Positions 1 through 10,455 of a stretch of DNA of 64,000 nucleotides are shown one piece after another. Origin of the DNA: an uncultured Acidobacteriota bacterium (GTDB lineage Bacteria; Acidobacteriota; Blastocatellia; RBC074); the NCBI GenBank assembly GCA_963796275.1, contig CAWCKY010000007.1, forward strand, positions 832,001 to 896,000, in the 5' to 3' direction. The notes under the pieces are model-generated. The model was not told where the DNA came from, searched no databases, and worked only from the letters and a program-made list of their open reading frames with translations. The translations under genes were made by a program, and so were the position numbers. Numbering within the stretch: the stretch's first letter is position 1; each line of letters begins with the position of its first letter.

Positions 1-67
1 ACAAAGGGAGTCGCAAAGACAGTCGTAAGGTCGGCACGGACGACAAACAGTTACCGAGAAGATAGGA

Positions 68-119
68 AGGATTTACAGGATCTTCAAGGTGTATCTCGAT
101 CGACTCAATCCTGAAATCC
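68..119. repeat. Imperfect inverted repeat (AGGATTTACAGGAT ... ATCCTG-AAATCC), REP-like
   Basis: Left arm 68-81 pairs with 108-119 with one bulge; same CAGGAT unit as the element at 47626-47713. Confidence 0.55.
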
Positions 120-159
120 GGTAAAACCGATCTATTTTTTATCTCTGGGGAGGGTTTGA

Positions 160-917
<758 letters not shown>

Positions 918-928
<11 letters not shown>

Positions 929-1766
929 ACGTGGTTTGCCTGCTACTCTGAAGATGAGACATGACCGTCATTATGTGGAGGAGCTCTCTTCGCTCCGCGG
1001 TGGGCCGATCGGTCGAATGATTGCGATCGATCGTTTGGAACCAAATCCCAATCAACCGCGCATTGAAATCGGTGAATTGGATGAATTGATCGCTTCGATC
1101 AAAGAAAAGGGAGTTCTCGAACCTCTTCTAGTTCGTCCTTCGCAAGTCGGCGGCCGGTACATGATCATTTCGGGTGAGCGGCGTTATCGCGCCGCGAGAG
1201 AGGCTGGGTTGAGAGAAGTCCCATGCATCGAGATGGATGTAGATGACAGGGCAGTCGCCGAGATCGCGTTGATCGAAAACTTGCAACGAAAAGACCTCAC
1301 TCCTTTCGAAGAAGCTAACGGCCTGCAATTGCTCGTCGAACGGTTCGGATATACGCACGAGGATATAGCCCGCAAAATAGGCAAGGCTCGCACCACAGTC
1401 ACCGAAGCCCTGACGATCGCCACGATGCCGGCTGATGTCAAAGAACAGTGCCAACGCGCAGACATCTTATCCAAAACGCTCTTGCTGGAGATCGCAAGAC
1501 AGCCAAATCACGAGGCGATGACGGAGTTTGTCGGCCGCGTCGTGAAACAGGGTATGACGCGCGATGAGGCTCGCAAGGCGCGTAAAAATAAACAGGCACG
1601 GCCGCAGCCATTCATTTATCATTATGCCGCGCCCAATCGTGAGTACACGCTGGAGATCAAGTTTCGGCGCTCTTCCGTCACTCGAGAAGAATTGATCGGT
1701 TTGATGGAGGCTCTGGTTGATGAGCTGAAGTCTTCGCTTGACGATTCTTCTACCGAAGTTACGTAG
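918..1766 (+). CDS. parB: ParB/RepB/Spo0J family partition protein
   Basis: [23 protein letters not shown] (arginine patch), [11 protein letters not shown]; overlaps the parA stop. Confidence 0.93.
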
Positions 1767-2300
1767 AGTTTTAAATGGATCGTATCAACTTAATCACATG
1801 ATCCAAGATTCTGTTTTTTCGATCCGAATGACTGATCGTGGTCGTGTGAGATGCACGAGGACCGGGGTTAGACTCCTGATGAAATGTGGCGAGCTCGGCG
1901 AGTTGGCAGAAACAGGGATCGCGCATCGGCAGCCATTCATAAAAGCCACGCCTTTATGTAGTCGAGTTTAACGTTTTCAAACGGCCCATTTTTATTCATT
2001 ATTTGGGATAATGAAGTAATTTCCTTGCTCAACCTTTACCGCACTGGGCGGTATCAGGGAAGCGGTTATCAAACCGGCACTCTTTAACCTTACCGTATTT
2101 GCTGGAGAAAGGTCTCCGTAGTCGTTCATCCCCGCGTCACCATTCCATTGAAGCTTCGGTGATCTCGAGGCGGGAAGAACTACAATTACAGCTCCTGGTG
2201 ACGACCACCGGCTGCGAAACATGAACCGCAGGGTTGTCAGTTAAAACGTGGGTTTCGCGCTGAAGAATTCGCGGGAAACCTCCTTTTGAGATAGTTAAGG

Positions 2301-4925
2301 ATGAGCAAACGCGTTCGACTCATTTCAGTAATCGGATTCTTCGCCTTGATGATGGTCTATTGTTCGGTGGGCCTCTATTTGGACCTCGCCAACCTGGGCA
2401 GCGTGGATGGCTGGCGCTGTGCTGGTCTTTATAACGAATGCTATATCGACCAGGTTGAACCCAATGGCCCGGCTAAAGAGCTGCAGCTCCGCGACCTCGT
2501 TCTGGCGATCAATGGAGTGAGCCTGGTAGCTGATCCACGCATATTGACGTTTAGCAGCCGCGTGCCGCCGGGGACGCCATACTCTATTACGGTGCGGCGC
2601 GCCGGTCAGGAGTTGACCTTTGCATTTCGAACCGTCCAACGCCCGCCCGCCCAATTCCCATGGGCGCGACTGACGCCAATTGCATTCTGGCTGACGGGGT
2701 TGCTTGTCTTTCTCCTCAAAGCCGAAGACCAGCATGCCAGGTTGTTGGCTTTGATGCTGGGCAGTTTTTCGGGGCTGCTCGCCGGCGGTGTGCAGCTCGG
2801 CATCTTGCCCGACTGGCTGGCCGTGTTGATCGCGCTGACGCGCATAATCGGCCTGTGTTCATTGCCGTTGCTGCTACATCTCTTCCTGGTATTTCCGCAT
2901 AATTCTCCGATACTGCGGCGCTGGCCTTCTATCGCAAAGTGGATCTATACCCCTCTCCTGGCTATCTTGCCGATATTTGGGGTTGGCCGCTTGCCGATTC
3001 AATGGGCTCAGCCCATCTCTAGCTGGCCACCTCTGCGCTGGTTGTCGGGCCACGGTCTTTTATATTTAGCGTTTATCAGCGTGCTGGCCTATCTCTTCGC
3101 CGCCTTGCTCTGTTTATGGCTGAGTTACCGCACGGCAGATGTCGTGGGGAAGCGCCGGCTGCGCGTTGTGATGTGGGGCAGCTTGCTTGGCTTCGGCAGT
3201 CTGTTTCTGGTGGTCGTGATGGAGTTCGCGCGCGCTCAGGAGAGCTATCCAACGATTTGGGGATGGTTGCAGTTTTCGACCATAATTACCTTGCCGCTGG
3301 TGCCGCTCAGCTTCGCGTATGCCATCGTCCGGCATCGCGTCATCCCAATCAGCCTGATGATTCGCCGCAGCGTGCGCTACCTGCTGGTCTCGCGCGGTTC
3401 GGTGGTGCTTGAAGGTCTGATTGTGGCGCTGATCATCGCATCGTTGTTGTCGCTGTTGTTCAAGTATATGCGCCTCTCCGGCTTGACGGTCGGCCTGGTC
3501 TCGGCTGCCATCGGCATCGTGGTCTGGCAGATCGAGCGCCGGCTGCATCAGCGATTTCTCGCTCCCATAATCGACCGCAAGTTTTTCAGGCAGTCTTATA
3601 ATGCGCAACACATCCTGACTGAATTGACCGAATCTCTGCGCACTACTACTGACATCCCGCATTTACTGGAGATGGTTGCCGACCATGTGCAATCGGCGCT
3701 GCAAACTGAAAGCGTGACCATCTTCTTACGCGATGAGCCAACGGGGGATTATCACAAAGCCTACGCTTGCGAATACGTTGCGGCTGAAGGGCGCGCGCTC
3801 AATCGCGAGCAGACCTCCTCAGGTTCGTCACGTTTGCCGCGCAACGCGGCAACGCTCGCGCAGATGGTTGCAACGGGGCACCCTATCGAATTGGATGGTA
3901 ACGAGCCGGCATTCGATCTGTCAGCCACCAATGGGCATTCACTACTGACCGCAGCGGAGCGGGAGGCGCTGCGCGGCACGAAGTCCGTGATGCTTTTGCC
4001 GCTTAAAACCAAAGACGCGTTGCCAGGCGTGCTCGCGCTCGGCTCGCGCCTGGGCGATCTGCCTTTCTCCCGCGAAGACAAACGTCTGTTGCAATCGGTC
4101 GCCGCGTCGGCTTCGTTGGCGCTGGAAAATGCGCAGCTGGTCGAGCGCATGTTGATCGAGGCGCGCCGCCGCAAGGAGATCGAGGCTGAAAACGAACAGC
4201 GCACCAAAGAGCTGGAAGAAGCCCGCCAATTGCAGCTCTCAATGCTGCCGAAATCGGTGCCGCAGTTGCCGCACCTGGAAATCGCTGCGCTAATGCAAAC
4301 CGCCACCGAGGTAGGCGGCGATTACTACGATTTTTACGTGGGCGAAGATGGCACACTCACCATCGCTGTGGGGGATGCGACGAGTCACGGGCTGAAAGCT
4401 GGCACTATGGTGGCAGCTACCAAGAGTCTGTTCAATCATCTGGCCGCTCAGGCCAGCGTGGTCGAAATGCTGCACGACGCTTCGCGCGCGTTGAAATTGA
4501 TGAATTTGCGCTCGCTCTTTATGGCGCTGACGCTCATCAAAGTGCGGGGAGACCGGATGCACTGCAGCGTCGCCGGTATGCCGCCGATTCTGATCTACCG
4601 CGCTGCATCACAAATTGTCGAGGAAATACCCTTGCGTGGTGCGCCGCTTGGCGCTTTGTCGAACTATGTCTATCACCAGGCAGAGCTGACACTCGCGCCG
4701 AATGACGTGGTCCTGTTGATGAGCGATGGTTTGCCGGAACGCTTCAACCCGGCGTCCGAGTTGTTCGAGTACGAGCGTACCAAAGAAGCATTGCGCGCTC
4801 ACGCATACGATGCACCGCGTGCAATAGTCGACGGTTTGCTCAGGATGAGCGAAGAGTGGGCCAATGGCAGGCCGTTGGATGATGATCTGACTCTGGTTGT
4901 ATTGAAGCGCAAGGCCGCAGGTTGA
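2301..4925 (+). CDS. Membrane SpoIIE/RsbU-type PP2C phosphatase with N-terminal PDZ, multiple TM helices and GAF domain
   Basis: PDZ-like QVEPNGPA..LRDLVLAINGV; hydrophobic helices; GAF (LLPLK..ALENAQL); PP2C motifs VGGDYYDF, GDATSHG, SDGLPE, DDDLTLV. Confidence 0.9.
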   Translation: MSKRVRLISVIGFFALMMVYCSVGLYLDLANLGSVDGWRCAGLYNECYIDQVEPNGPAKELQLRDLVLAINGVSLVADPRILTFSSRVPPGTPYSITVRRAGQELTFAFRTVQRPPAQFPWARLTPIAFWLTGLLVFLLKAEDQHARLLALMLGSFSGLLAGGVQLGILPDWLAVLIALTRIIGLCSLPLLLHLFLVFPHNSPILRRWPSIAKWIYTPLLAILPIFGVGRLPIQWAQPISSWPPLRWLSGHGLLYLAFISVLAYLFAALLCLWLSYRTADVVGKRRLRVVMWGSLLGFGSLFLVVVMEFARAQESYPTIWGWLQFSTIITLPLVPLSFAYAIVRHRVIPISLMIRRSVRYLLVSRGSVVLEGLIVALIIASLLSLLFKYMRLSGLTVGLVSAAIGIVVWQIERRLHQRFLAPIIDRKFFRQSYNAQHILTELTESLRTTTDIPHLLEMVADHVQSALQTESVTIFLRDEPTGDYHKAYACEYVAAEGRALNREQTSSGSSRLPRNAATLAQMVATGHPIELDGNEPAFDLSATNGHSLLTAAEREALRGTKSVMLLPLKTKDALPGVLALGSRLGDLPFSREDKRLLQSVAASASLALENAQLVERMLIEARRRKEIEAENEQRTKELEEARQLQLSMLPKSVPQLPHLEIAALMQTATEVGGDYYDFYVGEDGTLTIAVGDATSHGLKAGTMVAATKSLFNHLAAQASVVEMLHDASRALKLMNLRSLFMALTLIKVRGDRMHCSVAGMPPILIYRAASQIVEEIPLRGAPLGALSNYVYHQAELTLAPNDVVLLMSDGLPERFNPASELFEYERTKEALRAHAYDAPRAIVDGLLRMSEEWANGRPLDDDLTLVVLKRKAAG

Positions 4926-4940
4926 GCCTGCGACGCAAAT

Positions 4941-6155
4941 TCATTTGCTCCCCTTACCCTTACCTTCATTCCAATAAATTTTCACATTCTTCGTGCTGCG
5001 GCCAACACCGATGATGTCGCTCCTGCCATCCCCGTTAAGGTCAGCGCAGATCACATCTTCGCTCCCTAGTCCCTTAGCATCGAGCACCTGCTTCTCCCAT
5101 TTGTCGCCCCCGTCATCGGACGGGCGGAGAAGATAAACAATACCATCCTCGATCTTGCCCTCAGGCGGGCCGCGGAAGCCTACCACCAATGAGTCTATCG
5201 AAGTACCTGACAGAGGCGATGTCCACACAGCGTGTCCCCCCTTGTGGTTTTCGACGAGCACATGCCGCTTCCATAGTTGACCGTCCTGATCGGGAGGCGT
5301 GTAAACGACAGCCTGATGGCCATGCCAGGGCTCGATCGTGGCGACGTAGCGTTTTCCGCCCGGCAATCGCCCGACTTTCACCTCACCCGCGCCGTGTTTT
5401 TCCGGGTCGCCGGCGCCGATTTGCTGCTTGATCCACTTTCCGCCTGACTTCTTGAGGAGGAAAATCCCTTCATAGGCTGCGGCGAGAATCTCTTCCTTGC
5501 CATCTCCATCCCAATCGAGAGGCCATACGTTATGGGTGATGTGAAGCTCATCATTGATGACCTCGCGTTTCCAGGGTTCACTGAACGGGCGCGCTGGGCG
5601 GCGAAGGATATAGAGCGAAGCGGCATTCCCCTTCCACCACTCAGGCCCGGCAGCCTCCCTCCCGTGGAGCGGCGAGCAGACGAGCTCTTTCTTGCCATTG
5701 CCGTCGACGTCTAGGAGGCGCATGCGATGCATCGTCGGCTCTTCGTCGAGTTTGATCGGCGTCCAGGGTTTGCTGAGATCACCCGGCCGCTGGAGCAGCC
5801 AGACCGTGCCGCCCGTTTTTGTATTGCTCGGCTGCCAGTCGGCTCCAAGAATGAGCTCGACTTTACCGTCATCATCCACATCCAGAGCTTGGATGCAGAC
5901 AGGCAGCTTGGGAAATCCTGCGACGATGATTCGCCTCGTCCAGGAGGGGTTTTCATACCACAAGACCTGATCGGGGTTTTCCGTCACGACGACGATATCG
6001 GACTTCCCGTCATTATTGATGTCTGTCAGCGTGACCGCATAACCGACTCCGACGTTGGGATCGACGACCTGCTCTTTAAAGCTGGGATGTCCCTCCTGGG
6101 AAGGTGAAGTGATATACGAGAGGATCACTACACAAAGTATTATTAAGTGCCGCAT
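4941..6155 (-). CDS. Exported FG-GAP/VCBS-repeat beta-propeller protein (aldos-2-ulose dehydratase propeller-like)
   Basis: Signal peptide from ATG at 6155 (MRHLIILCVV); repeats DINNDGKSDI, DVDDDGKVELI, DVDGNGKKELV, DWDGDGKEEIL, DLNGDGRSDI; His-rich motifs PTMHR, IEPWHGHQ. Confidence 0.8.
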   Translation of the reverse strand: MRHLIILCVVILSYITSPSQEGHPSFKEQVVDPNVGVGYAVTLTDINNDGKSDIVVVTENPDQVLWYENPSWTRRIIVAGFPKLPVCIQALDVDDDGKVELILGADWQPSNTKTGGTVWLLQRPGDLSKPWTPIKLDEEPTMHRMRLLDVDGNGKKELVCSPLHGREAAGPEWWKGNAASLYILRRPARPFSEPWKREVINDELHITHNVWPLDWDGDGKEEILAAAYEGIFLLKKSGGKWIKQQIGAGDPEKHGAGEVKVGRLPGGKRYVATIEPWHGHQAVVYTPPDQDGQLWKRHVLVENHKGGHAVWTSPLSGTSIDSLVVGFRGPPEGKIEDGIVYLLRPSDDGGDKWEKQVLDAKGLGSEDVICADLNGDGRSDIIGVGRSTKNVKIYWNEGKGKGSK

Positions 6156-6392
6156 TGTAAATTCTCCGTGGGGCAAGATTGGGTCGCGATTCACAATTTT
6201 AAGCAAGTTTATAACACATTTGTATCAAATCGGTAGATGAAGAAGAATTCACGGCAAACTCAAAATAGACAAAAGGCAGAGAATCGCAGCAAAGAAATTC
6301 ATAATGTGGTCTTTTGTGATTTTAGTGGCTACCAAATTACCTAGTAGCCGCATCTCTATTCTTTTGTATATTCGCTGCGATTGATGCCTTCA

Positions 6393-7805
6393 TCAATGTG
6401 TAGTTACCGGAGGTATTCCATGAATGAGGCGGAGGATGGCGCCTGGCGTCAGGAGTTCGGCAAAAACTCGTTCAGACGAATCCTCATCCGCCCCCCTGTC
6501 CTTGGGACTGATACGGGGTTGCCCATCCAGGTCGAAGATCATATCCGGAAATTCGCCGACGGCGCTATCGATCGCAGGACTGCCCGACTGCGGACGAAAG
6601 ACGCCTTTGGCTTTTGGTTCAAGAAGTGGATTGACCATTTCGTATGTGCCTGCAGGCATGGCGCCGGCGCCGAGAGCCTTCCAGATAATGTTGCCGGCCC
6701 AGGTGCCGCCCGGGTACGGACCACTAAGGCCAGCCGCCGTTCCGCCTCCTTGAATGATGTTGTTGGCGAAGACCGTATTGGTTGCGCCGAGGCCATTGGT
6801 ACGGCCAGTCATAAAGTAATTTCGCGTATTATTGATCAGAGTATTGAAGGCGATAATGCAGTCATCAGGCCGATCATGGCTCGTCAACGGCGCTCCATCT
6901 GCCACCTCGCCGTCGCCGTTACCGATGTTGATTCCGACGGTAGATTCAAGATAGTTGCTGAACACCTGATGGCGATCGCCAAAAATCCGCATACCGGCGC
7001 TGTTACGAAAATAGTTGCCGTAGACGAGGCAGTCGTTTCCGTGTCGGAGTGTGAGCTCGCCACCGGGAGAATCGACAATCGTATTGTACCTGTACGTGTT
7101 CGAACTCGATTTATTGGAGATGAGCTCGTTCTCTCCGGTGCAGCGTTCGAAGAGGTTATGTTCGATCAATCCAAAACCGTTTGAGAGGCTCAAACCGCTT
7201 AGACCGAAACGGATCGTCTCGGCGCCGTTTCCGCCCGGGCTGGTGAAGTCGTGAAAGTAGTTGTGATGTATCCATACGCGGCGCGCGATCTGGCTGCCTG
7301 ATCCGCGCACGTCGATCATATTGCCGAGCGTACTCTTGTTACGAAACTCATTGAGATCGATTTGCGCTTCATCACCAGCGATCGTCAGATATGCGCCATC
7401 GCCTGCACATTCGAAGAAGTTGCGGGTGAATCGGATTTGGGTCGCGCCGGACCGAATCTGAATCCGCCCGGAGGCATGGGTGAACAGGAATCCCTCGATC
7501 ACTATGTAGGCAGCCGGATTTGTTATGTTGAATCCTTGAGCGCCGCTGATCTCGACGCCGCCTATGGTCTGTGCAACGATTCGGATCGGAGCGGTCGCGT
7601 TGCCCTGGCGATCGACCGTAATTGCAGCATTGGTGGTATAGACGCCGTTGTGCACGATGATGACGTCGCCAGCCGCGGCGGTGTTGATGCGCGCCTGTAG
7701 ATCCGGGATGGAGTTGACTTCGTAAGTGGCGGCGGAGGCCATAGCAGCTAACATCATATTGGCGAGGAAAAGGCATGAGCGGAAGATCTTTCGGCTTCTT
7801 TTCAT
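6393..7805 (-). CDS. Polysaccharide lyase family 6 (alginate lyase / chondroitinase B-like), exported
   Basis: Signal peptide; beta-helix repeats; NGAETIR, ENELISNKS, TLRHG motifs. Start could be 7805 (ATG) or 7820 (GTG). Confidence 0.88.
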   Translation of the reverse strand: MKRSRKIFRSCLFLANMMLAAMASAATYEVNSIPDLQARINTAAAGDVIIVHNGVYTTNAAITVDRQGNATAPIRIVAQTIGGVEISGAQGFNITNPAAYIVIEGFLFTHASGRIQIRSGATQIRFTRNFFECAGDGAYLTIAGDEAQIDLNEFRNKSTLGNMIDVRGSGSQIARRVWIHHNYFHDFTSPGGNGAETIRFGLSGLSLSNGFGLIEHNLFERCTGENELISNKSSSNTYRYNTIVDSPGGELTLRHGNDCLVYGNYFRNSAGMRIFGDRHQVFSNYLESTVGINIGNGDGEVADGAPLTSHDRPDDCIIAFNTLINNTRNYFMTGRTNGLGATNTVFANNIIQGGGTAAGLSGPYPGGTWAGNIIWKALGAGAMPAGTYEMVNPLLEPKAKGVFRPQSGSPAIDSAVGEFPDMIFDLDGQPRISPKDRGADEDSSERVFAELLTPGAILRLIHGIPPVTTH

Positions 7806-8098
7806 AAGGATGTTCTCCACAGATTATTTTACAGGTAAAGCTGGAAAGCGTTTCGCCCTACCATTTTGAACGTGATCGTTAGAGTTTTTCAGGCGCAATT
7901 TACTCTAAAATTTTCTCGCCGACAAGTATTTTTGGTATGACCACTATGGTTTGCTGAGTCGTATGTGGCAAGTCCACAGGATCGGAGGCCTCTGGCATAC
8001 ATCAAGGTATCGTCAGGCAGAAGTACGATATGGAAATCAAAGTCATGCTTGGTGGCCTGTGCCCTTGGTAATTTTGAATGTTACAATGAATCATTCTT

Positions 8099-10202
8099 TC
8101 ACTGTCTTCGCACAGGATTGATAAAAGCGCCATTACCCGCAATATCCCAGACGGCGAGGCGCGCCCACTTCCAACCGGCAGCCGACACCTGCCATTCGAA
8201 GGTCGCACGCCCGCACTCCCGCGTCGTCTCGAGCTGAAATAGCTGGCGGCGAGTCTCCACGCCATCGCTCCATACGATCTCCGCGAACTGAAGAGGAAAT
8301 GTCCATACCACTTCCGCACGCGCAACGATCTGATTCTGTTGGTCCGATTGCCCCGATTGCCCCGTTTGCTTCTGTTCATTCGATATCTCGACTTTGGGCA
8401 ATAAGACTTCTCCCGTCGATATAAAGTAATCGCCGCGGCTTAGAGCTTCGAGCACGAGGCCATAGTTGTCGAAGTCGGGAAGGCGATCCATTCGCACATA
8501 GTTCACGTTCATGTGCGCGTATAACTCGTGGGTGGAATCTATCTGGAAGACGTCGACCTCGCCGATCAACCGCTTTGGCAGGGACCAGTTATTCATATCA
8601 TCGAGCAGATTGAGGGACCGCACGCCTTCACGAAGGTAAGAGAGTATCTGTCGGCATGGCCTTCCATCCTACACCGAGATATCGGGGGTCGCGAAAGTGG
8701 GCGGTCTCTCGGATATTGTCGGGGAATCCCTTCGATCCTTTAGTCCGCGGATGAGTCTGATACATGTAGCCGCCCTCGCGGCGCACAAGTTCCAGCATCT
8801 CCTGCTCATTTCCCACGTGATAGATGGTTCCGTAAGAGGAGTCATCACTGCGGAATGGTTTGCCCGCGGGACGCTCCATATACCAGTAGACTGGCTTGGG
8901 AAAGACTGCCGCCCAATGGCCGCCCAGGTGCACGTTAGCTTCTTCGGCCGGAATTATCAGAAAGTCGCGATCCGAGTTCGCCCGCGCGCCTCGGTAATAT
9001 GCGTCCAGTTCTTTAATGCGAACATCCGTCAGGTCCCTCGGATGCCCGTCTCCATGAAAGTCCATTATCATCGCCGCATCCACGCCCATCTCTTTCAGCA
9101 CGGGTTTGAAAGGCGGCGTCCAGTCGAAGCCCTTTCTCTGGGCTTGAACGGTATAGGCGAAATGCCAGTGAGTAGCGAGCTTCTTGTAACCGGGCAGGTC
9201 AGGGAAGCGGTCGCGGTTTGTGTAGCGCAAGGTTTCCTGAAGCACGGCGGCAGGTTCCCGATCACTCACTAAATAGAAGACGCTCATTCGTTGTTCGGTC
9301 CGAGGCGGCGCGTTCATCCACGGATAGAAGGGAAGATTATCGTCAGGCAGTTGGCGAATACCGACAGATGCTTCGCCGCGGTAAGAGCTATGCCATAGAT
9401 AACCTAGATTCTGAGTCGTATCGCGCGCGAAAAAGTATTGATGAGGCGGCGGGAAGACAGCGAGCGCCCCGCGCGCAGTACGCAAGGCGATCACGCGATT
9501 CCTGGCTTTGACTGGCGTGCGTTCGAACTCCGGCGGCACGACGCGAAGTTTACCGGCGTCGTCGTAGTAAGCCACCTCCGACTGCATATTCCAGCCCGCC
9601 AACCGGTCTGCGGCGGCAGCCAAGCGTAGCCCCGCATCATAAAAATAGGCAGTGTCAGGTTCGGTGGTGGATGCGACTGCCTCCTGCTGTAACAAGCGGC
9701 TGCCGGGAAAGAAGGTGAATGCTATACCGCCCTGGAAAATTCCGAGGTTCAAGCCATCGAAGTGAATCTCCAACCGATCTCCGGCCGTGCGGGCTTTGGC
9801 AGATCGCAGGCGAAAAATTCCGGCAAAGCGGCGCGTGCCTTCCGGATGCATGAACGGGCGGTCGAAGAATTCGTCCCAACCTCCACGGCGTTTGCCTGTT
9901 TCACACCAATAGAGCGGGTTCGCACGCTCTACCACATGGCGGCCTCCATCCAGGCCGATCGAGGTCAGCAATGGCTTCTCCGGATCGAGTGAGAACACGG
10001 CACTCCATTGACGCGATGTTTCGTCAGGCCACCGGATGATCGCCGCATCAGGCGTCTTTTCTACGGTGACCGGTCCTGGCCGTACTCCGGAAGTGTCGAA
10101 CGGAACCACGTCCCCTCTGGACTCGATGGGAAGCGAGACCAGACAGATTAGTAGCAACAATAAGATCAGTCTTACGGGCATACGTCTCATCCTTCCGATC
10201 AC
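8099..10202 (-). CDS. Exported ~700 aa hypothetical protein with a C-terminal PHP-like metallohydrolase region (split by a +1 frameshift at ~8645)
   Basis: ORFs 8628..10202 and 8099..8623 join (WKAMPTDLSYLREGVRSLNLLDDMNNW) on removing T8645. Candidate metal ligands THWH, DFHGDGH, EEANVHLGGH, THPR. Confidence 0.75.
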
Positions 10203-10455
10203 TGTAGTAGAAATGTTAATGCTGGTTTGCGGAATCGGAGTATACCGGTGGTGGCTCGCGCAGTAAAGCTCTCTTTTTTTTACTGAATTTCCTTGTAAGT
10301 GCCGTAATGTCTATGTTAAAGACTGCAATGCTCTGGTAATTCCAAGTTCTCAATAAACAAGTAGACACTCACCACAAAAGCAAATAGGTAAAAAGGGGAT
10401 TCAGGAGAGAGCAAAAAAAATTCCTCCGAATTCTATTTCAAACTTTCTTTCTTTT

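Noticed and set aside
1858-1880. GGACCGGGGTTAGACTCC resembling a tRNA/tmRNA T-arm
   Set aside because: No acceptor stem, CCA end or cloverleaf around it.
1992-2222. 76-aa minus-strand ORF with faint IPT/TIG-like wording
   Set aside because: No RBS and too little similarity to call; at most a remnant.
10292-10321. dif-like CTATGTTAAAG arm (a similar TATGTTAAT occurs at ~46506)
   Set aside because: No XerC arm at the required 6-bp spacing; more likely promoter sequence.
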